From the human T2T-CHM13v2.0 reference genome, Homo sapiens: a stretch of 64,000 bases of DNA. Positions 1 to 16,543 of this stretch are shown piece by piece. The DNA lies in NCBI RefSeq assembly GCF_009914755.1, contig NC_060939.1, one strand, 5' to 3'. The position numbers and the translations under genes are program-made. The notes beneath the pieces are model-generated. The model was not told the origin of the DNA and made no database searches. It worked only from the letters and a program-made list of their open reading frames with translations. The stretch's first letter is position 1. Every line of letters begins with the position of its first letter.

Positions 1-243
1 TCACCCAGGCTGGAGTGCAGTGGCATGACCTTGGCTCACTGTAACCTCTGCTTCCTGGGCTCAAGTGATCCTCCTGCCTCAGCCTCCCAAGTAGCTAGGA
101 CTGCAGGCACACGCCAGCACACCTGACTAATACCATACTAATTCAAGTAAAACAGTTCTCATGTATAGTGAATAAGGGTTAACTAAGCCTTGTCTCTTTT
201 GACTAACACATTACAATTTAGTTTTTTGTTTGTTTGTTTTTGA

Positions 244-504
<261 letters not shown>

Positions 505-544
505 TAGCTACCACGCCGGGCCTACAATTTAGTTTTTAATAATG

Positions 545-1281
545 CAGCAGTCTTCCTCTTATCTGCAGGGGATATGTTTCAAGACCTCCAATGAATGCCT
601 GAAACCACAGATAGTACTGAACCCTATATATACTATGTTTTCCCTATATATACATTTTTATGATAAAGTTTAACTTATAAATTAGTAACAAGAGATTAAC
701 AACAATAACTAATAATAAAATAGAATAATTACAACAATATAGTGTAATAAAAGTTATGCCCTGTGGCCATAACTTGTGCAACTTGAGGTGTGACAGCAAA
801 ACTAGCACAAATTTCTTTTTCCTTCATAATTTTGCAGATAAAAGATCTTACCATAGATCTTAGCAACCTCAGCATGAGGTTTTTGGTTTTTTTTCTTATT
901 AGGTTGAGAACTTTCACCTTTTTGCTTAAAGGAAGCAGTTTACAACTTCTTTTTGACATACGTGAATCTCTGCTTTTACACTTTGAAGCCATGATTAAGT
1001 AAAATGAGGGTTACTTGAACACAAGCACTGTAATACTGCTATAGTCAGTCTGGTAACTGAGACGGCCACTTAGTGATTAACAGGCAGGTAGCATCTACAG
1101 TGTGGATACACTGGACAAAGGGATGATTCATGTCACAGACTGGGCGAAGTGAGGTGGTGCACAATTTAAAACTTATGAATTGTTTATTTCTGGAATTTTT
1201 TATTTAATATTCTTGGACTGTGGTTGACTGCAAGTAGCTGAAACCATGGAAAGCGAAACCATGGATAAGGGGGGACTACTA
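545..1281 (-). mobile_element. MER44-family (Tigger7-derived) non-autonomous DNA transposon
   Basis: Terminal inverted repeats CAGCAGTCTTCCTCTTATC / GGATAAGGGGGGACTACT; internal relic of a transposase N-terminal HTH (KRSCKLLPLSKKVKVLNLIRK) on the minus strand. Confidence 0.85.
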
Positions 1282-1595
1282 CACTAAATTCTGAAACATA
1301 CCAATAATGGTGTAAACCCACATGTCTTTTTAATAGAGTAAAATGAAATAATTACACATTATAATACCAATTTCAGAACAAGAGTTATGGGCATAAGCAT
1401 CCTGGAGGTGTTTTTTTTTTTTTTTTTGGAGGTGTTATTTTAATTTCTCAATTACAGAGTTTTAAAAATGAAAATGATTTTTTAAAATTTTGGTAGGTTG
1501 AATGATTTAAGATGCTGATTTCAGCTGGAAACAAATTGTTGCCTTCATATTATTTTGTTGCTCCTAGCAGCATGTTTATATTCATTCTTATATTG

Positions 1596-1930
1596 ATGGT
1601 TCCCAGTCTTGACTGGTGTTAGAATTCATTTGGGAAGCTTTTTAAAAATACCTATGTGGGCAAGGCGAGGTTGGCTCATGCCTGTAATCCCAGCACTTTG
1701 GGAGACCTAGGCAGGAGGATCACTTGAGCCCAAGAGTTTGAGACTATCCTGGACAACATAGTGAGACTCTGTATTTTTTTAAATATATAAATAAGAAAAT
1801 AAATACCTGTGTGTATGTCTCATCCATAGAGATTCTGATTTAATTGTTTAGGAGTGGGATCTGAGCATCAATATTTTTTTAAAGTTCTCTAGGTAACTGA
1901 TTCTAACATACAGCTGGGATTGAGAACTAT
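1596..1930. mobile_element. MER5-like hAT MITE interrupted by an Alu monomer (about 1660-1800)
   Basis: AGAGATTCTGATTTAATTG...TGATTCTAA...GATTGAGAACTA motifs typical of MER5. Confidence 0.7.
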
Positions 1931-2530
1931 GTTTTTGGTGCATGTTAAGTACGATCTGGCTCCCTACTTAATGATTTTGCATCTGTTAAAAAATTAATGA
2001 GGTAGAAGACAAAAGAAATGGATTAAAGTTATAAATGTAGATAGACATCTATTCTGGAAAACAGTTACCCTTTTGTTAGTTTCTGGGAATGGTCCTTAAT
2101 AAAACAAACAGACATTGGCCTGGTTTGCTAAGTGCCTATATCACAGCATTAAGCCACACTTTACTTTGTTACCGTTATGTACTTAACTTTCATTTTAAGA
2201 GGCAGAAACTTTATTAAGAGTTGTATTTTTTTAGTATCCCCTGTATCACAACACTGCACCTTGTGTATAGTAGGTATCTATTGTTTACCTAATTGAAGCC
2301 AGTTTAGACAGTCACTCTTTAGAACTAGGGCTAGTTCAGCTCCTTGGGAGGCTGAGGCAAGAGAATCGCTTGAACCGGGGAGGTGGAGGTTTTGGTGAGC
2401 CGAGATTGCGCCACTGCTCTCCAGCCTGGACAGCAGAGTGAGACGTCATCTCAAAAAAATAAAGAACTAGGGCTAGTTTATTCTTTTCTTTTCTTTTTTT
2501 CTCATGGCATTCTAAGACTCCCCCAATTAG

Positions 2531-2740
<210 letters not shown>

Positions 2741-2952
2741 TAGATAACATAATTTTGGTGTCAATACTTAATTATCTTCCAAAACAATAGGGATTATCAA
2801 AGTCAACATTGATGCCTTATTAGTTGATAAACAGATTTAATATCTGTCTGCTCTCACATATAACTGATTTCTAGTTAATATTTACATCTTAAGATGTTCC
2901 TTTGGCATACACTCAACATTTTCCACATCGAATTACCTACTTTGCTGTAAAC

Positions 2953-3178
2953 CAGTGGTTCTTGTTGGGGGTAATTTTGCCTTCCAGGACACATTCGGCA
3001 ATGACTGTAGACAGTTTTGGTTGTTACAACTGGAAGGGAAGGATGATAGTAAACTGGCGTCTAGTAGAGGTTAGGGATGCTGCTAAACATCCTGCAGTGC
3101 ACATTGCACAGAGCAGCCTCTCACAACAAATGTTTATCTGGTCCAAAATGTGAGTGATGGCAAGGTTGAGAAACGCTG
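2953..3178 (+). mobile_element. MER20 hAT MITE
   Basis: CAGTGGTTCT...GGGATGCTGCTAAACATCCTGCAGTGCAC...GGTTGAGAAACGCTG with a perfect 8-bp TSD CTGTAAAC (2945-2952, 3179-3186). Confidence 0.9.
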
Positions 3179-3257
3179 CTGTAAACTGATCAGTTTTAAA
3201 CTGCAGTATTACTTTTTTTGTTAATAGCACTACTGCTCTTCATATTTTGCAGGGTAC

Positions 3258-3268
3258 AGTGTGTGTGC

Positions 3269-3316
<48 letters not shown>
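3258..3316. repeat. (TG)n microsatellite
   Basis: About 22 uninterrupted TG units at 3272-3316 plus a short upstream run. Confidence 0.98.
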
Positions 3317-3318
<2 letters not shown>

Positions 3319-3750
3319 GCAAGAGAAAATACTGTTTCGATCAACCAGTTACCAAAGCATGTTTCTACCATTTTGTGTTCTTTTCTGCAGTGACCTTGTA
3401 GTTACTCTTTTCCATAGTATCATTCCCTTGTTCTCATCTCCTTTCAATCTTACTTACATATCCCTAATTTGACCATCTTGAGATAATATTTTTCCCATCA
3501 GGAACTGGCTTTTATTGCCTGCTGAATCAAATATAAAGAATTCTGGATGGCTTCCAAAGTCTTCCATAATGTGACTCCATCTCCTACATAATATAATTTA
3601 GTTATTCTTGTTAGTCAACATTTTTTTTTCCTTTTAGTTAAATTCAGCTGACAGGGAGAAACATTTATTAAAGTGGTGACTATGTGAGGACTATTGAGAT
3701 AGGTGCCAGGGATCCAAAGACATGTCAACATTTTCCCTCTATCCGATTGA

Positions 3751-4112
<362 letters not shown>

Positions 4113-5609
4113 TAAATTCTGTCCTCAAGGCCAGGTTCTCTCTCTCATCACATCATCATGAGCACTGCGTGTGTATGAGGATTTTAAAGCCTTATAGTAA
4201 TTGTCTGTTGATCCCATTACTGTATTTAAGGAATGATATAGATCACAAGCATTGTAGGATTCACATGAAGAAACAAATTCCAAGAACTGGGACCATAAAG
4301 GATGGAAGAGATGGAACTTAAGTTTGTTTCTTCTTGTAGCTGAGACCTCAGATGTGCACCACTACGCCCAGCTAATTTTTAAATTTTTTGTAAAATTTTT
4401 TGTCTTTACTTTGTTGCCCACTTTGTTGGCTACCTACCATTTCTCCCTATCTCTGCCCTTTAGGCAACAACAATACTCAACATAAATATCTGTTCTTGAA
4501 CTCCTGGGCTCAAGCAGTCCTCCCACCTCAGTCTCCCAGAGTGTTGGGATTACAGCTGTGAGGCACCACGCCCAGTCAGTGCACTGCTTTTTGCATGGAG
4601 AAAGTCTTGCTGCTACTTTAAAAAGGTCAGTGTGCTTAATTGATCTACATTCTGTCACAAACTTCTTATTTTATCACAAACTGATAACAAACAGTTCCCC
4701 AATCAGCACTGGTCATTGGACCATACTTGGAGTTACATTGCTGTAGTGTGAGACTTTCATACTTTTTTTAAAATTGTCACCTGTATTAAGAAATACATTT
4801 TACATTTTCATCCAGTGTTATATCATATACACATGTACATAACTGAAACAATTTTACGAAGCAGTACCTAACCTTACTATGTGTGACATAGTCTGATGTT
4901 TGCTATTTTTTTAATGCTGATCATGACCTTCTAATGGATTTTAAAAACACTGCCCTCAAGCATTTAGCACAGTGCTAGAGACATAGTAGTTGCTCAGAAA
5001 ATACCATACATTTTAGCAGTGATTAAATCTTGAGAGGGTTGAGCCTTCTTAATACTTGAGGATTACTTTAAAATGTTATTTCATTGGCCGGGCACGATGG
5101 CTCACGCCTGTAATCCCACCACTTTGGGAGGCCGAGGCGGGCGGATCACCTGAGGTCAGGAGTTCGAGACCAGCCTGGCCAACATGGAGAAACCCTGTCT
5201 CTACTAAAATACAAAAATTAGTGGGGCATGGTGGCGGGGCGCCTGTAATCTCAGTTACTTGGGAGGCTGAGGCTGCTTGAATCTGGGAAGTGGAGGTTGC
5301 AGTGAGCCAAGTTCATGCCACTGCACTCCAGCTTGGGCGACAGAGTGAGACTCCGTCTCCAAAAAAAAAAAAAGTTATTTAATCAATACTTAGTTGTTTG
5401 TGGCACCTTATACAGAACGAGTGTAGAGTGGATTATGAGATTTAAGACAGCGAGAAGATACTTATGTTGAGTATTGTTGCTGCCTAAGGGCAGAAATAGA
5501 GAGAGATGGTGGGTGACCAACAAAGACAACTTTTGCTTTCCTTTCAATATTGCCAAAGACCTTAGGAGTGGCTGGTGTGAATCCCTGCTTAAAATCAGGA
5601 CCAGTTTGA

Positions 5610-5911
<302 letters not shown>

Positions 5912-6028
5912 TAGTAGAGACGGGGTTTCACCGTGTTAGCCAGGATGGTCTTGATCTCCTGACCTCGTGATCCGCCCGCCTTGGCCTCCCAAAGTGTTGG
6001 GATTACAGGCGTGAGCCACCGTGCACGG

Positions 6029-7045
6029 CTGCATTTTCTCTTTGTTAACTCATTTTCAACACTTTTGGGTTTCACTTTTGGAGCACTGCTGTTTGACTAA
6101 GGCTGAAGTTCTTTGTCAGGTTTACACATCTTAAGAATTTTTATTTTTTGTTGTTAGAAGCATGTTAATTTTTCTTGCATATACTTAGTTATTTTTTTTT
6201 CACTTGCAATCCTTCTTGAAGCATAAGGTTTTTTGTTTTGTTTTGTTTTGTTTTGTTTTGTTTTAAAAGACAGAGTCTTGCTCTGTCGCCCAGACTCCGC
6301 TCACTGCAATCTTCACCTCCTGGGTTCAAGCGATTTTTCTGCCTCAGCCTCCTGAATAGCTGGGATTACAGGTGTGCGCCACCACGTCCGGCTAATTTTT
6401 GTATTTTTAGTAGAGATGAGGTTTCACCATGTTGGCCAGGCTGGTCTCAAACTCCCGACCTCAAGCAGTCCACCTGCCTCAGCCTCCCGAAGTGCTAGGA
6501 TTACAGGCCTGAGCCACCACGCCCGGCTGCATTTTCTCTTTGTTAACTCATTTTCAACACTTTTGGATTTCACTTTTGGAGCACTGCTGTTTGACTAAGG
6601 CTGAAGTTCTTTATCTTTGTCAGGTTTACACGTCTTAAGAATTTTTATTTTTTGTTGTTAGAAGCACGTTAATTTTTCTTACATATACTTAGTTATTTTT
6701 TTTTTCCACTTGCAATCCTTTTTGAAGCATAAGTTTTGCTTTGTTTTGTTTTGTTTTAAAAGACAGGGTCTTGCTGTGTCGCCCAGGTTGAAGTTGTAGT
6801 GCTGCAATCTCCACTCACTGCAACCTCCACCTCCTGGGTTCAAGTGATTTTTCTGCCTCAGCCTCCTGAATAGCTGGAATTACAGGCATGTGCCACCACC
6901 ACGCCTGGCTAATTTTTGTATTTTTAATAGAGATGAGGTTTCACCATGTTGGCCAGGCTGGTCTCAAACTCCCAACCTCAAGGAATCCACCTGCCTCGGC
7001 CTCCCAAAGTGCTAGGATTACAGGTGTGAGCCACTGCACCCGGCC
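6029..7045. repeat. Tandem duplication, two units of about 500 bp (about 200 bp unique plus an antisense Alu)
   Basis: GCATTTTCTCTTTGTTAACTCATTTTCAACAC...GAAGCATAAG occurs at about 6030 and 6529, about 95% identical. Confidence 0.95.
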
Positions 7046-7354
7046 ACATAAGATAATTTCAATGTGTTGTATCTTATGGTTTGTCCTAGATCTAAACAAA
7101 TAAATTCTGCAAATTATTTGACTTCTGTAGTTAATGAACACTTCTGTATAAGTATCAATGGGTTTGTTGTTGCTGCTGCTGTTTTATTTTTTTTAAACGA
7201 TTGTAGCCAAAATAAGGCAATTGAGTTCATTCAGTCATTCTAGTCAATATATTTTATGTCAGTCTATTTTCAGATTTCTTTAATGGCAAAATGCAGCAGA
7301 ATGACTTATCAAAAATGTAACATGTTAAATTCACATAGATTGAGGTTGGATACA

Positions 7355-7665
7355 CAGTCAGCCTTCTGTATCTGTGAATTCAACCAATGGCCGATTGGAA
7401 ATATTTTAAAAAAATAATTGGATCTGTACTGAACCATGTACAGAGTTTTTTCTTGTCTTTATTCCCTAACCAATACAATGTAACAACTGTTTATATAACA
7501 TTTACATTGTATTAGGTATTATAAGTAATCTTGAGATGATTTAAAGTAAGGTTATATGCAAATCTTACACCATTTTATATCAGGGATTTGAACATCTGCA
7601 GATTTTTGGTACTTGTGGGAAAAGTCCTGGAACCACTCTCCTACAGATACTGAGGAATTACTATA
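7355..7665. mobile_element. MER2 (Tigger-type MITE), terminal part of arm A
   Basis: GGTTATATGCAAAT..ACCATTTTATATCAGGGA.TTGA.CATC core; TA flanks. Confidence 0.88.
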
Positions 7666-8790
7666 TATGTTTTGCTTTCTCACTTGATGAGCGGAAAATA
7701 CCCTTTACCTTCTGTTTGACTTCTGCAGAAACGTGTGTGATTGTAGAGGCTCAAATAGCAATTAAAACAATACTGAAAGTATTTTTAACACTAGGCATCC
7801 TTAAGTGACGGTATAACTTACATGATTTTGTTAATAAAAATAGAAACAACTATGGTTTTTAATGGACTTTAGACATTATCAGAGAAGATTGTTACTTATT
7901 TGAACTGTTTCCAAAAATCAAATGGGGACAGAAAAGGAAGCTTTTAAAAAGTACAGTCTTTCTCCTAGAAACCCTTCCTAAAATCTTTGGTGACATCGTA
8001 ATCTTATCCCTGTACTTTCCCTCCTTGTGTCTAATCATTTGCCAAGTCCTGTCATTCTACCTTTGCAGCATCTCTTATTATATCTGCTTCCTCTATTCCA
8101 TCTCTACTGCCCTAGTTCTGACCTTTGTCATCTTTCCCTAGGATCATTATAATAGATAACTAGTGTTTTCCCTATCTAGTTTGTCACTTACCGCCTAACT
8201 TTATACTCTTCTTAGTTTTAATCACTTACCTCCCTACTTCAGAACCCTGCTACCTTTAGAAAACAAAGTAAATGCTTTAGTAACATTCAAGGCCTTCCCC
8301 GTTCCCTGTTCCAAGTCTGTTTTTTTTTCCACTGCCATGTAGATCTTTGTTCATTCTATGTAGTGGCTAATTCCTAAAGATGTTCTTTACTTTCTTTTCT
8401 TCATCCTGCTTTTCATCTCTTTGAAAAACCTTCCCCCACCAAGACTCAAATCAAATGTTGTCTCTTTGATGATGACTTCCAAGATCCTTCTAGTCATACT
8501 TAATCTTCTCTCTTAATTTTTCTTATACTGTAATATTTGTAACTCTATAGTTTGATATCATACTATGCTGTATTACTACTGCTTAAAACTTTCTCTTCCA
8601 CATTAGTTTTTTAAACTTTGTTGGTTTTTTTGTTTTGTTTTTGAGACGGAATCTCACTTTGTTGCCCAGGCTGGAGTGCAGTGGTGCGATCTCGGCTCAC
8701 TGCAACCTCACCTCCCGGGTTCAAGTGAGTCTCCTACTTCAGCCTCCTGAGTAGCTGGGATTACAGGTGCCTGACATCATGCCCAGCTAA

Positions 8791-9174
<384 letters not shown>

Positions 9175-11134
9175 TAACTTCCTAACTTTTACATCTCTCT
9201 GGATACTCTCTTCATATTTATGTATGTTGCATTGCTTTACTCACGTTTGCGTTGTTATGCTCATATTATTTCTTTCCTTCCTTAAAACTTTAAGTACATT
9301 TCATATATTCTTTTATATGTTATAAAGCATGATACTAAAATGATCACCTGTGCACATACTACCCAATTTGAGAACTAGAACCTTGCTGTACCCCTGAAGC
9401 TCCTTATATGTATCTCCCTGATTACAACTCTCCCTCTCCCAAGAAATATAATGTTGCGTTTAACATTTTCTGCTTTCTTTATAGTTTTACCTCATTTATA
9501 TCTTTAAGCAATATATTGTTCAATTCAATTTGATTTTTAAACTTTATATAGAGTATCGTATTACACATATTCTTGGTTTTTCATTCAACATTGCGGGGGA
9601 TGGGCAGAAGATGATGAGGTGAGAAGGCGGGCAGGGTATGTTTTCTGGTTAAACTATTTATTCTTGGAGAATCAGAGACCATATCTTATATACCCCTTTA
9701 ATAACCTCTGTTTAACACGAGGCCTACTGTTGCAAGCTAAGTCTCCTGATGATTTGCACTGACATTGAAACATTGCTGTTGTCTCTATAAGTATGAGGAA
9801 ACCCAGGGGAACCCTGTCATACTCTTTCCTCAATGGATGCTTTTAGCAAGTTTGATGAATTGTTGATGAATTAGATACCTCGCTAGAAGGACATATTTGA
9901 TATCAGTTGATCCATTTGGGAGTGATAGTGTGGTCTAGAGACCTTTTCTCCCCTATCACTACAGCTTTAGACACAGGACCCAGGGTGGATGGTAAAGTGT
10001 AGAAAATGTTTGTATATTAGATCGTTGTTTCTAAATGCATAGATCTGAAAGTACAAATTAAAGTGTTTGGTTCAACATGTGTTTATAGATACCTGGAGCA
10101 AGTATAGATAGAAAAAAAGTGAAAATGATAAAAATGAAATACTCAGAACAAAATGGTTTGGTGACTAAGACAGTGGACTAATGTGCACAGGGTTAGAAGG
10201 GATGAGTACCAATAAATCACAAAGTATTAATATTTAATATAAAATGTTACTAGAATTAAAGCAAATTGGGGTGCTTTTGGAATTTTCATAGGTGAGCAGC
10301 AGCCTTCCCATCCCCTGCTCCAAGTTGTACTTTACTTAGCTTTTTAGGATTAGATGTTCATTGATGTCCATTTGTTTAATGATAGTGAACTGGTAGAATG
10401 AAGATTATTAAGAGATTGGAAAGAAGTAGCCAGACGTGGTGGCTTACGCCTGTAATCCCAGCACTTTGGGAGGCCAAGGCAGGTGGATCACTTAAGGCCA
10501 GGAGTTTGAGACCAGCCTGGCCAATATGACGAAACCCCGTATCTACTGAAAACACAAAAACTAGCTGGGGGCATGGTGGCGAACGCCTGGAATTCCAGCT
10601 ACTTGGAGGCTTAGGTAGGAGGATTGCTTGAGCTCGGGAGGTGAAGGTTACAGTAAGCCGAGATTGTGCCATTGCACTACAGCCAGGGTGACAGGGTGAG
10701 ACCCTATCTCAAATAAATAAATAAATAAGAGGAAGAAGTCACTTAAAAAATAAATGGATATCAATGAGAAAAGAGAAATATTTCTAGATAAAAATTCCAT
10801 CTACTTATGATCTAAACATTAATGCTATTTTAACAAAAGAAACATGTAAACGCTTTGATTATTCTTACTGCTAGTTCCTTTGACAGGTAAGATTCCCAAC
10901 TCTTAAGGCAAAATGATACAAAAAGTAATTCATTTGGTTAATGAAAATTTGAAAAAAATTATTACATTCTTCACTCATATTCTGCATATCTTAAACTCCT
11001 GAAATAGATATTCTAAACAATTTAAAATTAACCCTGTTAGCAAAGGATATGGTTTAGGAATTTTTTTTTTTAAACTGCTCACTTGTTTTATTGTGAATGA
11101 GGAAAATTAGTATAATTATTTGTATTTGTTTCAG

Positions 11135-11199
11135 GAAAGAAGCACTTGTAAGGAAATATAGCATCCATTGTGAAAGTGGAAAAGTAAAGATAATTCATC
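11135..11199 (+). other. USP8: USP8 exon 2, 5'UTR portion (65 nt)
   Basis: Acceptor ttgtttcag at 11134; no ATG before 11200; in-frame TAA at 11191-11193 upstream of the start codon. Confidence 0.9.
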
Positions 11200-11303
11200 A
11201 TGCCTGCTGTGGCTTCAGTTCCTAAAGAACTCTACCTCAGTTCTTCACTAAAAGACCTTAATAAGAAGACAGAAGTTAAACCAGAGAAAATAAGCACTAA
11301 GAG
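11200..11303 (+). CDS. USP8: USP8 exon 2 CDS, c.1-104 (MPAVASVPKELYLSSSLKDLNKKTEVKPEKISTK)
   Basis: ATG at 11200 with A at -3; donor AG|gtatga; phase 2 matches the next exon. Confidence 0.98.
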
Positions 11304-11604
11304 GTATGATGTATCCTTCGCTAGTTTGATTGAATCAAATATTAATTTTTAGTTCGTTTCCATATTAAAGTTAGATGAATGTTAAAGTTTATTTGAAAAA
11401 TAACACCATCACACGAATAAAGTAGGACCTCCTTAGAGAAAGTTGTAATGTAATCGTAGCACAATACATATATATTCTGCTCATATGCATATTATCTACT
11501 CTCCAGACAGATCATACAGATATGATCTCTAGGTCATAAAGTTTAAGAGGCAAAGATTATGAGGCTTCTAAAAAAAAATTCAGCCAGAAGTCATTGTCTT
11601 TTCA

Positions 11605-11914
<310 letters not shown>

Positions 11915-11916
11915 TC

Positions 11917-11917
<1 letters not shown>

Positions 11918-11955
<38 letters not shown>
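11918..11955. repeat. (AAT)n microsatellite derived from an Alu tail
   Basis: About 12-13 AAT units directly after TGTCTC. Confidence 0.95.
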
Positions 11956-12548
11956 TTTTTTTTTCCACTTTGGGAGGCCAAGGTGGGCGGATCACCTGAG
12001 GTCAGGAGTTCGATACCAGCCTCGGCAACATGGTGAAACCCCGTCTCTACTAAAAATACAAAAATTAACTTGGCATGGTGGCATAGGCCTATAATCCCAG
12101 CTAGTGGGGGGCTGAGGGATCCCTGAGTCCAGGAAGTGGAGGTTGCAGTGAGTCAAGATTGCACCGTTGCACTCCAGCCTGGGTGACAGAGTGAGACTCT
12201 GCCTCAAAATAAAATTAAAAAGATCTTTTGAAGGGCAGAAAGTAAGAGAGGGATTGGGCTATTTATCTTGCGAAGTTGGGAAGTTGATGAGGTGACAGAA
12301 AACAACTCTAACTCCTGTTGAATGATTTTCAGATGGGAAACAATGGGAAAGATAAAGCCACCTTTAGATAAGACAAGGTCAGGCCTAAGACCGTTTATTC
12401 CTTTCTAGTAATGTCTGGTTTACCTCTAGCACTACCCTTATCCCAGAGGAAGTGGTATATGTAAGTTGGTTGTATCCAAACTTGCATCTAACTTTGTATC
12501 AGTTCTGAAGTAGTGGAACCTAAATAATGAAATTTGCTTTATCAAGAT

Positions 12549-13386
<838 letters not shown>

Positions 13387-13474
13387 ATAAAGATTATCTG
13401 TGGACTTTGTATATGACCTGTATTTTTTCCCAGATGTCAATTGCTTTAATTATTATTTTTTCTCTAATTTTAAG

Positions 13475-13619
13475 TTATGTGCACAGTGCCCTGAAGATCT
13501 TTAAGACAGCAGAAGAATGCAGATTAGATCGTGATGAGGAAAGGGCCTATGTACTATATATGAAATACGTGACTGTTTATAATCTTATCAAAAAAAGACC
13601 TGATTTCAAGCAACAGCAG
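13475..13619 (+). CDS. USP8: USP8 exon 3, c.105-249, MIT domain (SYVHSALKIFK...PDFKQQQ)
   Basis: ttttaag| acceptor, CAG|gtacct donor, 145 nt; peptide visible in ORF 13344..13688. Confidence 0.98.
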
Positions 13620-14650
13620 GTACCTTTTATTTTTGCATTGTTATTTCCTAAGTTATTTTGCATAATGGAGCTATTGATTTTTTTCTAAAAATTTTAAGTA
13701 ATAATGAAATGTAGCTCAAATTATATGCAGCATGATCTCATGTAGATAGAAAAAGGGAACTAAAGATACAGTGTTATTATTTACAAATGTGTATAATGTG
13801 TGAACTCGTACACATTCTTGGATTTGCCATGGATTAGTACAAGTTTATAGCAACATACAGATTCATAATTTTTTTCTGAGGTAATTAATAATTGCCAGGT
13901 CAAGTAGAAGGATTGAGTTTGCTCATTAAGTAAGAAAACATGACTGTGTTTTTTTTTATAGTACTTTTATTGCGCTTTCTTAAGAGTCAAGGTTTAGTCT
14001 CTTGTTTTTATGTGACAGCTTTTTATATATGACTGACATTGTACCCATATTACAAATGTCAGTTTGCAAAATTGATACTGATCACTCCCTAAATCTTTTT
14101 TTTTTTTTTTTTTTTTTTTGAGACGGAGTTTCACTCTTGTTGTCCAGGCTGGAGTGCAGTGGCGTGATATCGGCTCACTGCAACCTGTCTCCTGGGTTCA
14201 AGCAATTCTCCTGCCTCAGCCTCCCGAGTAACTGGGATTACAGGCATGTGCCACCAAGCCTGGCTAATTTTGTATTTTTGGTAGAGATGGGGTTTCTCCA
14301 TGTTGGTCAGGCTGGTCTCAAACTCCCAGCCTCAGTTGATCTGCCTGCCTCGGCCTCCCAAAGTGCTGGGATTAGAGGCATAAGCCTCTGCATCCAGCCC
14401 ACTCACCAAATCTTTAAACTTCTTTTTGCTTTTAATCCTTTGAACAGGTGCTTGTCTTCCATTTGATTGAAGCCATGGATAGGGAGGGCAGGGGCAATAT
14501 AAATGAATAGAAAAAATTGATGACTAGGATAAGTGTTGATAGAGAAAATAGATGTATTTCAATTGTATTAGAAACTAGCAAAAGAATGCTGGGCACGGTG
14601 GTTCACACCTGTAATCCCAGCACTTTTAGGAGGCCAAGGTGGGTGGATCA

Positions 14651-14872
<222 letters not shown>

Positions 14873-15128
14873 TCAAAAAACAAACAAAAACAAACTAGCA
14901 AAAAAAGAATATGAAGAATGTAGAGGTTCATTAAACAAAAGTGAAGAATGTTGTGTTGCTGGGTTTACCTTTACTTAGAAACAATCTTATTACCTGTCAG
15001 TAGTAACAAAATACTGCCTATAGAATTTTCACCTGGTAGAGAAGCCACCCTCAATTAATAATGAGATTTTATTTTGTTCTCTGGTGGTAGAATTGGCTTC
15101 TATTGTTTAAATTGACTTACTGAAATAA

Positions 15129-15401
<273 letters not shown>

Positions 15402-15628
15402 TGATCCGCCCCTCTCGTTCTCCCAAAGTGCTGGGATTACAGGCGTGATCCTGTGAGCCACTGTGCCTGGCCACTTATTTTTATTTTTAGAGGAGTGTGA
15501 CTTTTGGTTGTTAAGGAATGACTTTAATATTTTACTTAATGGTGATAAATCATTGCTGGTATTTCTTCTCATTAGCAAAGTTATTCTAATAATAGTTACT
15601 AGGTTTTTTTTGTTTTTTGTTTTTTTAA

Positions 15629-15844
<216 letters not shown>

Positions 15845-16248
15845 TGATCCGCCTGCCTCTGCCTTCCAAAGTGCTGGGATTCCAGGCTTGAGCCATCATG
15901 CCTGGCCAATTACTAGGTTTTAAATCTGTCTTTGAAGAGGGGGCCCCTTGCATTTGGAGGTTCATTCATCTGTCCACAATGGATGAATTAGTCCTGCCCT
16001 GGGAAAAATACTGTTTAATATTTTTGGCCATACTTATCTGCAGGTAAGAGACAGAGGCCTTCCTAAATTCAAACAAGTTTTTGCACGCTCTGTGAAATAT
16101 GTTAAAGTGGAATTGCTTAAAACGCAGTGTAAGTGGTGCTCACTAAAGTAAATATTTTTGAAAGTCTTAAAATTTGGATAACTTTGGTAGTTTTGTTGTT
16201 TGCTGTTTTGTTTGTGTGGTAGGTTTTTTTTTTTTTTTTTTTTTTTAA

Positions 16249-16543
<295 letters not shown>

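Noticed and set aside
729-992. 87-aa transposase-like ORF in the MER44 element as a domesticated gene
   Set aside because: Only the N-terminal HTH relic is present, its middle appears frameshifted relative to Tigger-type transposases, and there is no DDE domain.
7729-7810. Possible extra 5'UTR exon after a good acceptor (TTGACTTCTGCAG)
   Set aside because: The only nearby donor (ACG|GTATAA) is weak and the sequence gives no other support.
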